Counted from the first letter of the stretch, positions 37,944 to 48,606 are shown. The stretch is DNA of 64,000 nucleotides from Ruminiclostridium sp. (GCA_017624025.1 JAGANY010000038.1:1759-65758); one strand, 5' to 3'. A program made the numbers and translations. Notes: generated by a model not told the origin, from the letters alone.

Positions 37944-38258
37944 ATGGCATCAAGCAAAGAGTATCTTGATTTTATACTGGAACAGTTATCCGTATTGGAA
38001 GAGATAACATACAGGTCGATGATGGGAGAATATATTCTGTACTATCGCGGCAAAATCATCGGTGGAATTTATGATGACAGACTGCTTGTAAAGCCTGTTA
38101 AATCCGCTGTCTCTCTTATGCCTGATGCAGCCCGCGAATTGCCCTACGAGGGAGCGAAAGAAATGCTGTTGGTTGATAATGTTGACAGCAAGGAGTTTTT
38201 TGCGGAATTGTTCAATGCAATGTATGATGAGCTTACTGCAACAAAGAAAAAGAAGTAA
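37944..38258 (+). CDS. TfoX N-terminal domain protein
   Basis: YRSMMGEYILYYRGKIIGGIYDDRLLVK, PYEGAKEML. Confidence 0.85.
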   Translation: MASSKEYLDFILEQLSVLEEITYRSMMGEYILYYRGKIIGGIYDDRLLVKPVKSAVSLMPDAARELPYEGAKEMLLVDNVDSKEFFAELFNAMYDELTATKKKK

Positions 38259-38289
38259 TAGGATTCTGATTTACTGACAATCTGTGTTC

Positions 38290-38328
38290 AGACCGTACCC
38301 ATAAAAACGGGTACGGTCTTGTTTTTTT
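38290..38328 (+). terminator. Intrinsic terminator
   Basis: AGACCGTACCC..GGGTACGGTCT plus T-run. Confidence 0.75.
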
Positions 38329-38378
38329 GCTGTGAGGTGTGGTATAATGAGTTTAATAAGAGATTTTGGAGGAAAATT

Positions 38379-39011
38379 ATGCGATACAAAGAGCTTGATG
38401 CCTATTGGAAAAGAATATTTGAACTGGAATGGATTTCGTTATGCGAGGGAAGTAAAGCTATTGCTGCTTTAATAGTGTCGGATAAGGGAGAAATCATTTC
38501 TGAGGGTAGAAATAAAATCGGCGAAGCTGCAATTCCGAACCCAAGAGTTTCTCATGCTGAAGTTGAGACAATCAGAAGCTTAGATATAAATAAATACCCC
38601 AATGTAAAAACATATACGTTATATACTGCGTTAGAACCTTGTCCTATGTGTATGGGAACTATAGTAATGGGTGGAATCAGAAACGTTGTGATAGGGACAA
38701 AGGATGCATACGGCGGAGCAATGGAGTTAATAGAAAAGAGCGAATATCTTAAAGGGAAAAATATTAATGTTGTATGGATGCCGCAGGAGTATGGGGATGT
38801 TCAACGAGGTTTTCAGACACTCAAAGAATTGCTGTATAATAAAAATGAAGAACTATTGGAGCGTATGCTGGAGGATTTTTCTGTTTATAACGAAAAAGGT
38901 GTTTTAGCAGCAAAAGCACTTATTGATGAAGGATTGTTCGTGGATAAAAAACCAGGTTCATATAGTGTTGAAGAAATATTTGACAAGTTGATGCTGATTA
39001 TTGAAAAATAA
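38379..39011 (+). CDS. Zn-dependent nucleoside/nucleotide deaminase
   Basis: HAE...LEPCPMC motif. Confidence 0.85.
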   Translation: MRYKELDAYWKRIFELEWISLCEGSKAIAALIVSDKGEIISEGRNKIGEAAIPNPRVSHAEVETIRSLDINKYPNVKTYTLYTALEPCPMCMGTIVMGGIRNVVIGTKDAYGGAMELIEKSEYLKGKNINVVWMPQEYGDVQRGFQTLKELLYNKNEELLERMLEDFSVYNEKGVLAAKALIDEGLFVDKKPGSYSVEEIFDKLMLIIEK

Positions 39012-39063
39012 GTTTATAAAGATATTCATATTTTAAAAATATTCTTATGAAAGAAGAGCTAAT

Positions 39064-39347
39064 ATGAAAGTAGCAGTTTTTCACGGTAGTTCAAGAAAAA
39101 GAAATACATATACTGCCACTAAGATTTTTATGTAAGCAATGTCCCAATGTGACGAGATAAATTATTCGGAATTCTTTTTACCGAAAGATGTCCCGGAGTT
39201 TTGTCTGGGTTGCCAGATGTGTCTTGAGAATCCCCGTGAAAAATGTCCTCAAGCACACTATATTGATCCGATATATCAGGCGGTAAAGGAAATTATCCGT
39301 TTGAGTATTGGAAAGAAAACGGATATTTTGATAAGCGTCCGTTTTAA
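39064..39347 (+). pseudogene. Flavodoxin-like / NADPH-dependent FMN reductase pseudogene
   Basis: MKVAVFHGSSRKRNT start; in-frame TAA at 39133; CLGCQMC..CP; then a jump (deletion plus frameshift) to a C-terminal EYWKENGYFDKRPF*. Confidence 0.75.
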
Positions 39348-39506
39348 ATTAATATGCTGTTTATGATAGCAAAATCTGATTCACCAAACGTATATATTTA
39401 ATCTGCACCTGTAAAACAGGTGCAGTATTGTTTAATAGGCAGTAAATATCAGGTGTTTGTTGAAATAATCTACAGTTTAAAAAGCTGAAAATAAAAGAAC
39501 CTGATG

Positions 39507-40286
39507 TTATACCAGAGCACCTATACCGATAACCACAACGCCGAGGGTTACAAGTATAATTCCTGTTGCACGGTTAAGGGTTTTTGAGCTGACTTTATTT
39601 GCGATTACAGCCCCGATACGAGCGAAAATCAGAGTGAACAGTATGCAGAGTATCAACACAAGCAAATCAGGCGTTTTGTTGTCTATAATAAAATGGCTTA
39701 CCGCACCTGTAAGTGCTGTAAATGTCATAATAAATACGCTGGTACCGACAGCGGTTTTAAGCTCATAGCCAAGCACCATGGTAAGTATCATCAGCATCAT
39801 CATTCCACCGCCTGCACCCACAAAACCGCAGACAAAGCCTATAAGCATACCAAAGATAATTGACTGCACAAGTCTTTTCTTTGGAGAAACGGCATTCATT
39901 GCTTCCTTGGTGGTGTTAACAGGCTTTACTATAAATTTGATACCCATAAGAGTAGTCATAAATACCGAGGTTCCGCCCATTGCGTCATTAGGCATAAAGC
40001 TTGCGACGAAGCTTCCTACAAAGGTAAAAAGAAGAACGGCAAGCATCATAACAAGACCATTCTTTATATCAATATTTTTGTTTTTGTGGTATGTATAGGC
40101 ACTTACTCCGCTTGCAAGTACATCGCTTGCGAGAGCAATACCGATTGCACTGTACGCTGGCATATCAAGGAAGGTCACCAGCATAGGTGTAATCACCACC
40201 GCCGCACTCATTCCCGCAAAGCCTGTTCCAAGACCGGCACCGCAGCCTGCCAGCAGACATACTATTATTGTTATAAATAACTCCAT
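39507..40286 (-). CDS. TauE/SafE (TSUP) family membrane transporter
   Basis: 8 TM; GFVGAGGG, AVGTS. Confidence 0.85.
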   Translation of the reverse strand: MELFITIIVCLLAGCGAGLGTGFAGMSAAVVITPMLVTFLDMPAYSAIGIALASDVLASGVSAYTYHKNKNIDIKNGLVMMLAVLLFTFVGSFVASFMPNDAMGGTSVFMTTLMGIKFIVKPVNTTKEAMNAVSPKKRLVQSIIFGMLIGFVCGFVGAGGGMMMLMILTMVLGYELKTAVGTSVFIMTFTALTGAVSHFIIDNKTPDLLVLILCILFTLIFARIGAVIANKVSSKTLNRATGIILVTLGVVVIGIGALV

Positions 40287-40584
40287 AATTTACGACCTTT
40301 CGTGTGAATTTGTAATGTATTATAACACATTTCGGGAGAAAATACAATATTTGGAAGAATGTTCCGTACAGGAATTGTAAACGGCTTGCGGTGATAAATG
40401 ATATTATGAAAGCAAAGATGAGAATTTATGATTTGGATTATCAGGATTTAAGTTAAGCATTTTACATAAGGATATTGATTTTTTGAAAATCTGCCGATAA
40501 TATTATAAAAGTATAAGTTGATAATAAGTCTGCTAACAGAAAAGGCATTAATTGAAAAGAAAAAAAGCGGGAGGATTCTTTCCA

Positions 40585-40740
40585 GAAATCGAAAGGCAAT
40601 ATCCCGACCGCAGATACGAACTGTTTACCGGCACTAAAAGTGTAAGCAATATAAGATTATACGAAAGCCTTGGGTATAAGATTTATAAAGAAGAGTCAGT
40701 AACAGAATGACTGAGATTTGTGTATATGCATAAGATATGA
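40585..40740 (+). pseudogene. C-terminal fragment of a GNAT acetyltransferase
   Basis: EIERQYPDRRYELFTGTKSVSNIRLYESLGYKIYKEESVTE*LRFVYMHKI*; no start; internal TGA at 40708. Confidence 0.65.
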
Positions 40741-40790
40741 CAATATAAAACCCGAAGAAGAATAAAACTCTTCTCCGGGTTTGATTTTTG

Positions 40791-41828
40791 TTATACAATA
40801 ACAATATTTCTTCCGCTTTCTTTAGCCTTATAAAGCTTTTCGTCAGCTTCCTTTATGTTATCCTCGATAGATTTCATCGGGTTCAGCTCTTCACAGCCGA
40901 AACTCATAGTAACCTTAATTTTAAGGTCTTCGAATTCACATACCGAATCCATTACGAGCTTTCTCATACGCTCAGCAATCTCAGACGCACCCTTGAGGTT
41001 TGTGTCGGGGAGAATAACGATAAATTCCTCTCCACCCCAGCGGTATATACCGTCACAGATACGTGAGTTTCTGCTGAATATGCCTGCTACGTGCTTAAGT
41101 ACAGCGTCACCGGCGTTGTGACCGTATGTATCGTTGACCTTCTTGAAGAAGTCGATATCACAGATAAACATTGAAATACTGTGAGGATTCTGGATATCGG
41201 TAAGAAGCTTGCTGTAATTGTTCTGATAATCGTTATAGAAGCCCATACGGTTTTTGAGCTCGGTAAGCTTGTCGTGATGTGAGTCATCGAGGAAGGTCTG
41301 TGACTCTAAAGTGATACCGCATATAAAGGCGGCAAGGGAAAGCTTTCGGCAGTCTTCTTCGAGGTCGAATCTTCCGTCATTGTCAAGCTTGTTTATAGCC
41401 TGGTAAGCACCGATAAATTCGCCCTTGCAGTTTGATATAGGCATTACAAGTATAGACTTGGTTACATAGCCTGTTTTCTTGTCAACATCGGGGTTGAAAT
41501 CGGGATGATTATAAGGATCGTTTGTAACGATAGCCTTTCTCATAGCGAGAGCTTTTCCGACCATACCTGTTCCTTCGGGAATAGTAATTCTTCCTGTGCC
41601 GACAGCAGCCGTTGTCCATAATTCGTGTCTTCTCTTATCCCATTTCCAGAAGCTTGCACGGTCAGCATTAACGAGAGTACGTCCTAAATCGGTAAGAAGA
41701 CGGAAGATATTTGCGTGGTCATTGGAAATATCATCGTCGGAATTGCACATTTCTTTATAAAGATTTTCTGTGATAGAAAAAATACTGTTCAGTAATTCAT
41801 CAGAAGTTATGTTTGTAAAATCACTCAT
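40791..41828 (-). CDS. GAF + GGDEF diguanylate cyclase
   Basis: FNPDVDKKTGYVTKSILVMP, QAINK (GAF); DIDFFKKVNDTYGH, RICD I-site, RWGGEEF. Confidence 0.92.
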   Translation of the reverse strand: MSDFTNITSDELLNSIFSITENLYKEMCNSDDDISNDHANIFRLLTDLGRTLVNADRASFWKWDKRRHELWTTAAVGTGRITIPEGTGMVGKALAMRKAIVTNDPYNHPDFNPDVDKKTGYVTKSILVMPISNCKGEFIGAYQAINKLDNDGRFDLEEDCRKLSLAAFICGITLESQTFLDDSHHDKLTELKNRMGFYNDYQNNYSKLLTDIQNPHSISMFICDIDFFKKVNDTYGHNAGDAVLKHVAGIFSRNSRICDGIYRWGGEEFIVILPDTNLKGASEIAERMRKLVMDSVCEFEDLKIKVTMSFGCEELNPMKSIEDNIKEADEKLYKAKESGRNIVIV

Positions 41829-41989
41829 AATAACATTCCCTTTCTCTGTATTATTACAGAAATTATATCACAATAAAATTGATTTGTAAATAATTATATG
41901 AAAATTTTTCAAAAAAATTAGTGACAAATATGCAGTTATGTGTTATAATAAATAAAAATAATTACCTGAAATGAAGAAGAGGTGAGAGC

Positions 41990-42763
41990 GTGGGGAAATT
42001 TCTTATTATACCTGATCGTAACGATATTGATACAAGTCTTTCCGTTGCTGATAAATACGGCTTCGGATTTGAATACAACGACTTTTATATCCCTGATATT
42101 CTTGATGATGAATCGAAAATAAATGAGATTATAAACGCCTATAAGAGTAAAGGACTTCCTGATTACTGTACCTTACACGGTGCTTTTTTCGATGTAATTA
42201 TCTTCAGCAGTGATAAGAGAATCCGTGAAACAGGAGAACTCCGCATACGTCAGAGTCTCGATACTGCAAGAAAAATCGGTGCAAAGGGCGTTGTTTTCCA
42301 TACTAACCACAGCCCTCAGCTTACATCCGAAAGCTATGTAAAGGGCTGGTTTATAAAGAACAGAGATTTTTGGAAACAAATTCTTCCCGAGTACAGTGAT
42401 GTTAACATATATATGGAAAATATGTTCGACAGTTCTCCTGATATGCTTGCTTCTCTTGCTGAAGAGCTTTCTGCCTTCAGCAATTTCGGCGTATGCCTTG
42501 ATTATGCACACGCTGAGGTTTTCGGAGGCGGTTCTGAAAAATGGATAAAGCAAATCGCTCCTTTTGTAAAGCATCTTCACATTAATGATAACGACCTTAA
42601 GGATGATTTACATCTTGCTTTAGGTGACGGAAAAATTGATTATAATAAGTTTGTTGATTATTATAAAGAGTATTTTTCAAATTGTACAACTCTGATTGAG
42701 GTAAACGGTGCTGAAAAGCAGGTGCGTTCGGCTGAATTTCTTAAAACTCTTGGATTGATATGA
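41990..42763 (+). CDS. Sugar-phosphate isomerase/epimerase (AP endonuclease 2 TIM barrel)
   Basis: VVFHT, MENMF, CLDYAHA, HLHINDN, DLHLALGDG, LIEV. Confidence 0.85.
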   Translation: MGKFLIIPDRNDIDTSLSVADKYGFGFEYNDFYIPDILDDESKINEIINAYKSKGLPDYCTLHGAFFDVIIFSSDKRIRETGELRIRQSLDTARKIGAKGVVFHTNHSPQLTSESYVKGWFIKNRDFWKQILPEYSDVNIYMENMFDSSPDMLASLAEELSAFSNFGVCLDYAHAEVFGGGSEKWIKQIAPFVKHLHINDNDLKDDLHLALGDGKIDYNKFVDYYKEYFSNCTTLIEVNGAEKQVRSAEFLKTLGLI

Positions 42764-42800
42764 ATAAAACCGTATGATTGATCGTCATACGGTTTTTTGT

Positions 42801-44246
42801 TTATGCATTATAGCTTACCGAATAATCCTTTTTATATCCGTGACCGCCGAAAATCTGCCAGTTTCCTGTTCCGAGCCTTTGAAGAACTGCTTTTCGTTCA
42901 TCGGCACAAAGTGAAGGATCGGTATCAACCGATGTCATAAGAATCGGGGCATACTGATTGTATCTTGCTTGCTCCGGAGTAAGTCCTTTTATGTTTATAT
43001 AAACATCTCCGGTGAAGGCGATATTATTGCCGTAGTCTATAAGGATGGTTTCGCCGGGAAGATGACCGCCCTTTCCTTCATAGACTTCAAAATAAAGGTC
43101 TCCGAAGCTGAAAAAACCAATCTGAACGAGAGGCGTATTCTGTTCGTCCGGGCTTTTCTTCCAGGGTGTTTCGATTTTCTTGGGGTCAGGAGGATAATAA
43201 TCCGTAAGTATTTTACAGATATTTATATACGGCTTATGGAGATTGTTCTTTTCTCTGAAGCCGTTATTTCCCTCGTGTTCTGCCTTAAGACATTCCGCAC
43301 TTCTTTCGCTGGCAATAATTCTGTCAAAAAGAGGAAGAAGCCCGCAATGGTCAAGGTCAGCGTGGGTAATGAGTACAGTTTTTTCCATTGTGTCGAAATC
43401 GGGAAGTATCTTTCTGAATATATCCAGCATTTCGTTTTTGTAGCAGGCATAACCGCAGTCTATAAATAAAAACTCGTTTTTGTGCCGTAATATTGCAGTG
43501 TTGCTTCCGCAAGGCGGTTCAATAAGGATAAGATCTGTGTTCTCTGTGATTTTGTGTTCTGTAATACGCGGAAGAAAGCTGTCGCCCTTACAGGCTGTGA
43601 GAAGCTCGGCGAATCTTCCGATACTGTCAAAGGTGCGGTAGGGAGATAAGCCTTGCTCATCAAGAGTCTGCATGGCAAGATTAGTGTTTATAAGAAGCTT
43701 GTCCTTGGTTTCGGCGGTAAGCTCCATATTTCTTGCAATACCCGAAACGAAGGTGTTGTAGAAAATGCTGTTATCGTAGATTTTTTCAGTGTGGTTGTAG
43801 TCGATAATACGTACACGGCATATTTTTTCGGCACTCTCAATAAATCCGGAAATCTTATCAGTATCATCAACAAACAGTCCGAGCTTGAAAAGCTGGTAAT
43901 CAGTACCGTTTTCCTGTGAGCTGATATATGAAATATTTATATCGAATTCGGTTATAAGCTCGAGTATATCCGTAACGCTTCCGGGAACATCCTTCAGACA
44001 GCATTCAACGAGCACAATACTTTTTCCGCTTTTGTCGGATTTAAGATATCCGATTTCCGTAAGCTGAAGCTCTGCCTGGCTGAGCTGTTCCTCTGTACCT
44101 TCAGCGTCAATAAAAAGAGTATGGGAATCGATAGCCTTGTTATAGCTTACTCTTGTAATATTTATTCCGAGTTCGGCGAAACATCTGCTTGCTTTTAAAA
44201 AAGCACCGATGTGGTTAGGCATTGTCGTGATATATGTCTTTTTCAT
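42801..44246 (-). CDS. Tandem ACT + metallo-beta-lactamase-fold hydrolase
   Basis: PNHIGAF..LGINI and DVPGSV..FDINI ACT repeats; IDCG, THADLDH, GGHLPG, TGD, GGHG. Confidence 0.8.
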   Translation of the reverse strand: MKKTYITTMPNHIGAFLKASRCFAELGINITRVSYNKAIDSHTLFIDAEGTEEQLSQAELQLTEIGYLKSDKSGKSIVLVECCLKDVPGSVTDILELITEFDINISYISSQENGTDYQLFKLGLFVDDTDKISGFIESAEKICRVRIIDYNHTEKIYDNSIFYNTFVSGIARNMELTAETKDKLLINTNLAMQTLDEQGLSPYRTFDSIGRFAELLTACKGDSFLPRITEHKITENTDLILIEPPCGSNTAILRHKNEFLFIDCGYACYKNEMLDIFRKILPDFDTMEKTVLITHADLDHCGLLPLFDRIIASERSAECLKAEHEGNNGFREKNNLHKPYINICKILTDYYPPDPKKIETPWKKSPDEQNTPLVQIGFFSFGDLYFEVYEGKGGHLPGETILIDYGNNIAFTGDVYINIKGLTPEQARYNQYAPILMTSVDTDPSLCADERKAVLQRLGTGNWQIFGGHGYKKDYSVSYNA

Positions 44247-44441
44247 AGTAACACCTCTCTTACAGCAGTAAATGCCATTTTGCTGTTGCGTTAATTTTAG
44301 CACTAAAATGCGAGAAAGTCAATGCCAAAAAACAAAGCTGTCATAAAAAGACAGCTTTATTTTTATTCAAAGAATATTTATGATAAGTATAGTATAGGTT
44401 AAACTCGAAGAAATATAAGTCTGTCATAAAAACAGATATAT

Positions 44442-45608
44442 TTATTTTCCTAACCTGTATCTGAAATCATTATAACCGAACCGTGCGAGAAGCTCGGCTT
44501 CTCCGTTTTCGCGAATAACCCAGATATCGGGCAGGGGCATACCGTTAAACGTGTTGTTTTTACAGGTTGAATAAATAGCCATATCCTCAAAAACCAGTCC
44601 GTCATTTTCACAAAGAGTATTATCGAAGCTGTAGTCGCCTACTATATCTCCCGAAAGACAGGTTGGTCCGCCGAGACGATATGTGTATGCTTTTTCTTCG
44701 GGCATTCCCGAATTATACAGAGGCGGACGATAAGGCATTTCGATAACATCGGGAGTGTGGCAGGCGGGCGACATATCGAGAATAGCAATATCCGTTTCGC
44801 CGTTTTTTAATGTGTCAAGTACACGGGTGAAAAGATAGCCTGCATTAAGTGCTACAGCCTCTCCCGGCTCAAGATAAATCTGTAGATTGTATTTGTCACG
44901 CATATTTATTATACAGCGTTCAAGCAGTTCTATATCGTAGTCATTACGTGTGATGTGATGACCTCCGCCCATATTGAGCCACTTGACTTTTTTCAGTATA
45001 AATCCAAACTTTTCTTCCACAGCCTTAAGCGTTGTTTCGAGTGCGTCAGAATTCTGCTCACAAAGAGTATGGAAATGTATCCCGTCCAGTAAATCCTCCA
45101 GTTCGGGTGCCATCTGTTCATGCCATTGACTTATAGTAGTGCCGAGTCTGCTTCCTTTTGCACAAGGGTCATATATTTCGTGGCCTTCCTGTGTGGAGCA
45201 TTCGGGATTTATTCTTATACCTATTTCCTTACCCTGTTCTTTAGCAAGCTTTCCAAACTTTTTAAGCTGTGACGGGCTGTTGAAAACTATATGTCCTGCA
45301 TATTTTAAAAGCTCGTTAAAGTCCTGTTCTTTGTAAGCCGCACAGAAAACGTGACATTCTTTATCGGGCATTTCTTCTGCTCCGAGTCTTGCCTCGAAAA
45401 GACCGCTTGCTTCTGTGCCTGCAAGATACGGGGCAAGCACAGGATATAAGTTGAAGTTTGAAAAAGCCTTCTGGGCGAGAAGGATTTTTGCACCTGTCCG
45501 TTCCTGAACGCCCTTAAGAATTTTTCCGTTTTCAATAAGCTTTTTTTCATCAAGAATATATGAGGGCGACGGTAAATCGGATTTTAAGATTATTTCCTGT
45601 ATTGTCAT
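44442..45608 (-). CDS. nspC: Carboxy(nor)spermidine decarboxylase
   Basis: LLAQKAFS, YDPCAKGSRLG, HFHTLCEQ, NMGGGHHIT, LEPGEA, TCLSGD, FNGMPLP. Confidence 0.93.
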   Translation of the reverse strand: MTIQEIILKSDLPSPSYILDEKKLIENGKILKGVQERTGAKILLAQKAFSNFNLYPVLAPYLAGTEASGLFEARLGAEEMPDKECHVFCAAYKEQDFNELLKYAGHIVFNSPSQLKKFGKLAKEQGKEIGIRINPECSTQEGHEIYDPCAKGSRLGTTISQWHEQMAPELEDLLDGIHFHTLCEQNSDALETTLKAVEEKFGFILKKVKWLNMGGGHHITRNDYDIELLERCIINMRDKYNLQIYLEPGEAVALNAGYLFTRVLDTLKNGETDIAILDMSPACHTPDVIEMPYRPPLYNSGMPEEKAYTYRLGGPTCLSGDIVGDYSFDNTLCENDGLVFEDMAIYSTCKNNTFNGMPLPDIWVIRENGEAELLARFGYNDFRYRLGK

Positions 45609-45612
45609 AAGC

Positions 45613-46872
45613 TTAATCTACGAGAACAGGCTGGAAATTTTCCTGGTGGGGGAGACCGTATTTTTCGAGAGCTTCGATATACGGATCGGGATCGAATTCT
45701 TCAACGGTATATACGCCCGCCTTATTCCACTTTCCTGTGAGAAGCATTAACGCACCGCACATAGCAGGGACGCCTGTTGTATAGGAAATAGCCTGTGATT
45801 CAACTTCCTTGTAGCATTCTTCGTGGTCGCATACATTATAAATATAGTATGTCTTTGGCTTTCCGTCCTTTGTACCTGTGAAGATACAGCCTATGTTGGT
45901 CTTGCCCTTTGTGCGGGGACCTAATGTTGCAGGGTCGGGAAGAAGAGCCTTTAAGAACTGGATAGGAACAATTTCGTGACCTTCGTAGTTGATAGGTGTA
46001 GTTGAGAGCATACCTACGTTTTCGAGACACTTCATATGTGTGAGATAGCTCTGTCCGAATGTCATAAAGAAGCGGATTCTCTTAACTCCGAGGATAGTTT
46101 TTGCGAGGGATTCGATTTCCTCGTGGTGAAGAAGATACATATCCTTGTCGCCAACTTCAGCGAAATTATACTCTCTCTTTATGCTCATGGCAGGAATTTC
46201 TACCCATTTTCCGTTTTCCCAGTAGCTTCCGGGTGCGGAAACCTCACGAAGATTTATTTCGGGGTTGAAATTTGTAGCAAAGGGATAACCGTGGTCGCCT
46301 CCGTTACAGTCGAGAATATCAATAGTATCAATTGTGTCGAAATGATGCTTCAATGCGTATGCACAGTAAGCCTGTGTAACGCCGGGGTCAAAGCCGGAGC
46401 CGAGAAGTGCGGTAAGACCTGCCTTTTCGAACTTCTCCTTGTAAGCCCACTGCCACGAATAGTCGAAGTAAGCGGAAAAACCTTCTTCCTTACAGCGTTT
46501 TTCGTAAATTTCTCTCCATTCGGGGTCGTCAATGTTTTCGGGCTCATAGTTGGCGGTATCCATATAATTAACACCGCATTCGAGGCAAGCGTCCATAATT
46601 GTAAGATCCTGGTAGGGAAGGGCAATATTCATAACGAGCTCGGGCTTATAGCTGTTGATGAGAGCGACAACCTCGCTTACATTGTCAGCGTCAACCTGTG
46701 CTGTTGTAATAACGGTAGAGGTCTTGTTCTTAAGCTTTTCGGCGAGTGCGTCGCATTTTGACTTTGTTCTGCTTGCGATACATATTTCAGTGAAAACCTC
46801 GCTAACCTGGCAACATTTCTGGATTGCAACGGAAGCAACGCCTCCACAGCCGATAATTAAAACTCTGCTCAT
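45613..46872 (-). CDS. Carboxy(nor)spermidine dehydrogenase (saccharopine dehydrogenase family)
   Basis: IIGCGGVA, ALPYQDL, DTANYEP, GFDPG, FATNFNPEINLRE, AISYTTGVP. Confidence 0.92.
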   Translation of the reverse strand: MSRVLIIGCGGVASVAIQKCCQVSEVFTEICIASRTKSKCDALAEKLKNKTSTVITTAQVDADNVSEVVALINSYKPELVMNIALPYQDLTIMDACLECGVNYMDTANYEPENIDDPEWREIYEKRCKEEGFSAYFDYSWQWAYKEKFEKAGLTALLGSGFDPGVTQAYCAYALKHHFDTIDTIDILDCNGGDHGYPFATNFNPEINLREVSAPGSYWENGKWVEIPAMSIKREYNFAEVGDKDMYLLHHEEIESLAKTILGVKRIRFFMTFGQSYLTHMKCLENVGMLSTTPINYEGHEIVPIQFLKALLPDPATLGPRTKGKTNIGCIFTGTKDGKPKTYYIYNVCDHEECYKEVESQAISYTTGVPAMCGALMLLTGKWNKAGVYTVEEFDPDPYIEALEKYGLPHQENFQPVLVD

Positions 46873-47738
46873 AATTTTCTTTCCTTTCTGTTTTTAAGTA
46901 TTGATAAAATGAATTCTCTTGTTATTTTACAGGCTAAAGCTGTGCTTGCCCCGCTCTGGTCAAGGTTGGGTGCAAGCTCGTTTATGTCCGCACCGACTAT
47001 ATTTGCCTTTGTTACGGTTTCGATTGCTTTTAAAAGCTCTGTGAAGCTTGTTCCTCCTGCTTCGGGAGTCCCTGTTCCACAGAAGAAGGCAGGGTCGAGA
47101 CAATCTAAATCTATTGTAAAATATATAGGTGCATCACCGATTTTTTCTATGCATTCCGAAAGTCCGTCAAAGCTGAATTTGTGCATTTCTGTATGCTTTG
47201 ATGCGAATCTGAATTCTTCGCGTTCACCGCTTCGGATACAGAACTGATGAATCCTTCCGTCACCGATAATATCGTGACAGCGTCTTATAACACAGGCGTG
47301 ACTCAGCTTCGCACCTAAATAATCATCACGAAGGTCAGCGTGAGCGTCAAAATGGATGATATGAACGTCGGGATATATTTTCTGAATCGCCTTGAATGCT
47401 CCTAAGGTAACGAGGTGTTCTCCTCCTATCATAAACGGAAGCTTTCCGTCAGAAAGTATTGTTTTTGTGCGGTTCTCAATATCAGCAAGTGCTGACTCGG
47501 CTGAACCGAAGCAAAGCTCAATATCACCGCTGTCGAAAACGCTGTAATCGGTAAGATCTTCGTCCTGGTAGGGACTGTAGGTCTCTATTCCGAAGCTTTC
47601 GTGGCGGATAGCGGAAGAACCGAATCTTGCTCCCGGACGGTAGCTTGTGGTACTGTCAAAGGGTGCACCGAAGATAACAAGCTCAGCGTCTTCGTATTCA
47701 GCTTCACAGCCGATAAAATTTTCAATATTCTTATTCAT
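46869..47738 (-). CDS. speB: Agmatinase
   Basis: GGEH, DAHADLRD, DLDCLDP, GTGTPEAGG. Confidence 0.93.
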   Translation of the reverse strand: MNKNIENFIGCEAEYEDAELVIFGAPFDSTTSYRPGARFGSSAIRHESFGIETYSPYQDEDLTDYSVFDSGDIELCFGSAESALADIENRTKTILSDGKLPFMIGGEHLVTLGAFKAIQKIYPDVHIIHFDAHADLRDDYLGAKLSHACVIRRCHDIIGDGRIHQFCIRSGEREEFRFASKHTEMHKFSFDGLSECIEKIGDAPIYFTIDLDCLDPAFFCGTGTPEAGGTSFTELLKAIETVTKANIVGADINELAPNLDQSGASTALACKITREFILSILKNRKERKL

Positions 47739-48589
47739 TATTCTACCTCCTCAAGCATTTCTTCAAGGAAAGCGGGAAGATAGAAAGCCCCCTTGTGAAG
47801 TCTTGTGGTATAGTACTTTGTACGTAAGTGAAGCTCGTTCCAGCTTTCGGTATCAATATCGTCGATGGGATGGAATTTCTTGCTTGCGAAGCCGAAAAGC
47901 CAGTAGCCTGCCGCATAGGTCGGAATATGAGCCTGGTAAACACGGCAGATAGGGAATGTGTTGGCAATACGCTTGTGGCTTCTCTGCATAGCGTCAGCGT
48001 CCTGCTTATAAAAAGGACTGCCTTGCTGGTTTACCATAATTCCGTCTTCCTTAAGTGCTTTATAGCAGTTTCCGTAGAACTCCTTTGTAAAAAGTCCCTC
48101 TGACGGACCGTAAGGGTCGTTGGAGTCAACGATTATAAGGTCGTATTCTTCTTCCTGGTAGCGGATAAATTTGAGTGCATTTTCATAGTGGATATGTACT
48201 CGCTCATCATCAAGCTGACAGGCATTTCCCGGGAGATACTGTCTGCAGGCTTCTACTACCATCGAGTCCATTTCAACGAGGTCGATTCTTGTTATACGGG
48301 AATATCTTGTAAGCTCCTTTACAACACCGCCGTCGCCTGCACCGATAACAAGAACCTTTCTTATATTCTTGTGAACAGCCATAGGTACGTGGACAATCAT
48401 TTCATTATATATAAAAGCGTCTCTTTCGGTAAGCATTATGTTTCCGTCAAGAGAAAGAACACGTCCGAACTCTCTGCTTTCAAAGATATCGATACGCTGG
48501 TAGTCGCTCGTTTTTGAGAAAAGTTGTTTCTCTATTCTGAGACTGAGCTTTACGTCAGGAGTGTGCTTTTCACTGAACCATAAATCCAT
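47738..48589 (-). CDS. speE: Polyamine aminopropyltransferase (spermidine synthase)
   Basis: YNEMIVH, IGAGDGG, IIVDSNDP, IPTY. Confidence 0.92.
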   Translation of the reverse strand: MDLWFSEKHTPDVKLSLRIEKQLFSKTSDYQRIDIFESREFGRVLSLDGNIMLTERDAFIYNEMIVHVPMAVHKNIRKVLVIGAGDGGVVKELTRYSRITRIDLVEMDSMVVEACRQYLPGNACQLDDERVHIHYENALKFIRYQEEEYDLIIVDSNDPYGPSEGLFTKEFYGNCYKALKEDGIMVNQQGSPFYKQDADAMQRSHKRIANTFPICRVYQAHIPTYAAGYWLFGFASKKFHPIDDIDTESWNELHLRTKYYTTRLHKGAFYLPAFLEEMLEEVE

Positions 48590-48606
48590 ATATGTAATCC
48601 TTTCTT

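Noticed and set aside
38379-39011. Deaminase as tadA or an anti-phage dCTP deaminase
   Set aside because: Lacks the TadA EVPVGA motif and has no kinase-like N-terminal domain; only the generic HAE/PCxxC motif is supported.
40490-40522. dif-like site (GATAATATTATAAAAGTATAAGTT)
   Set aside because: Lacks the TTATG(T)TAA XerD arm; better explained as an AT-rich promoter-like sequence.
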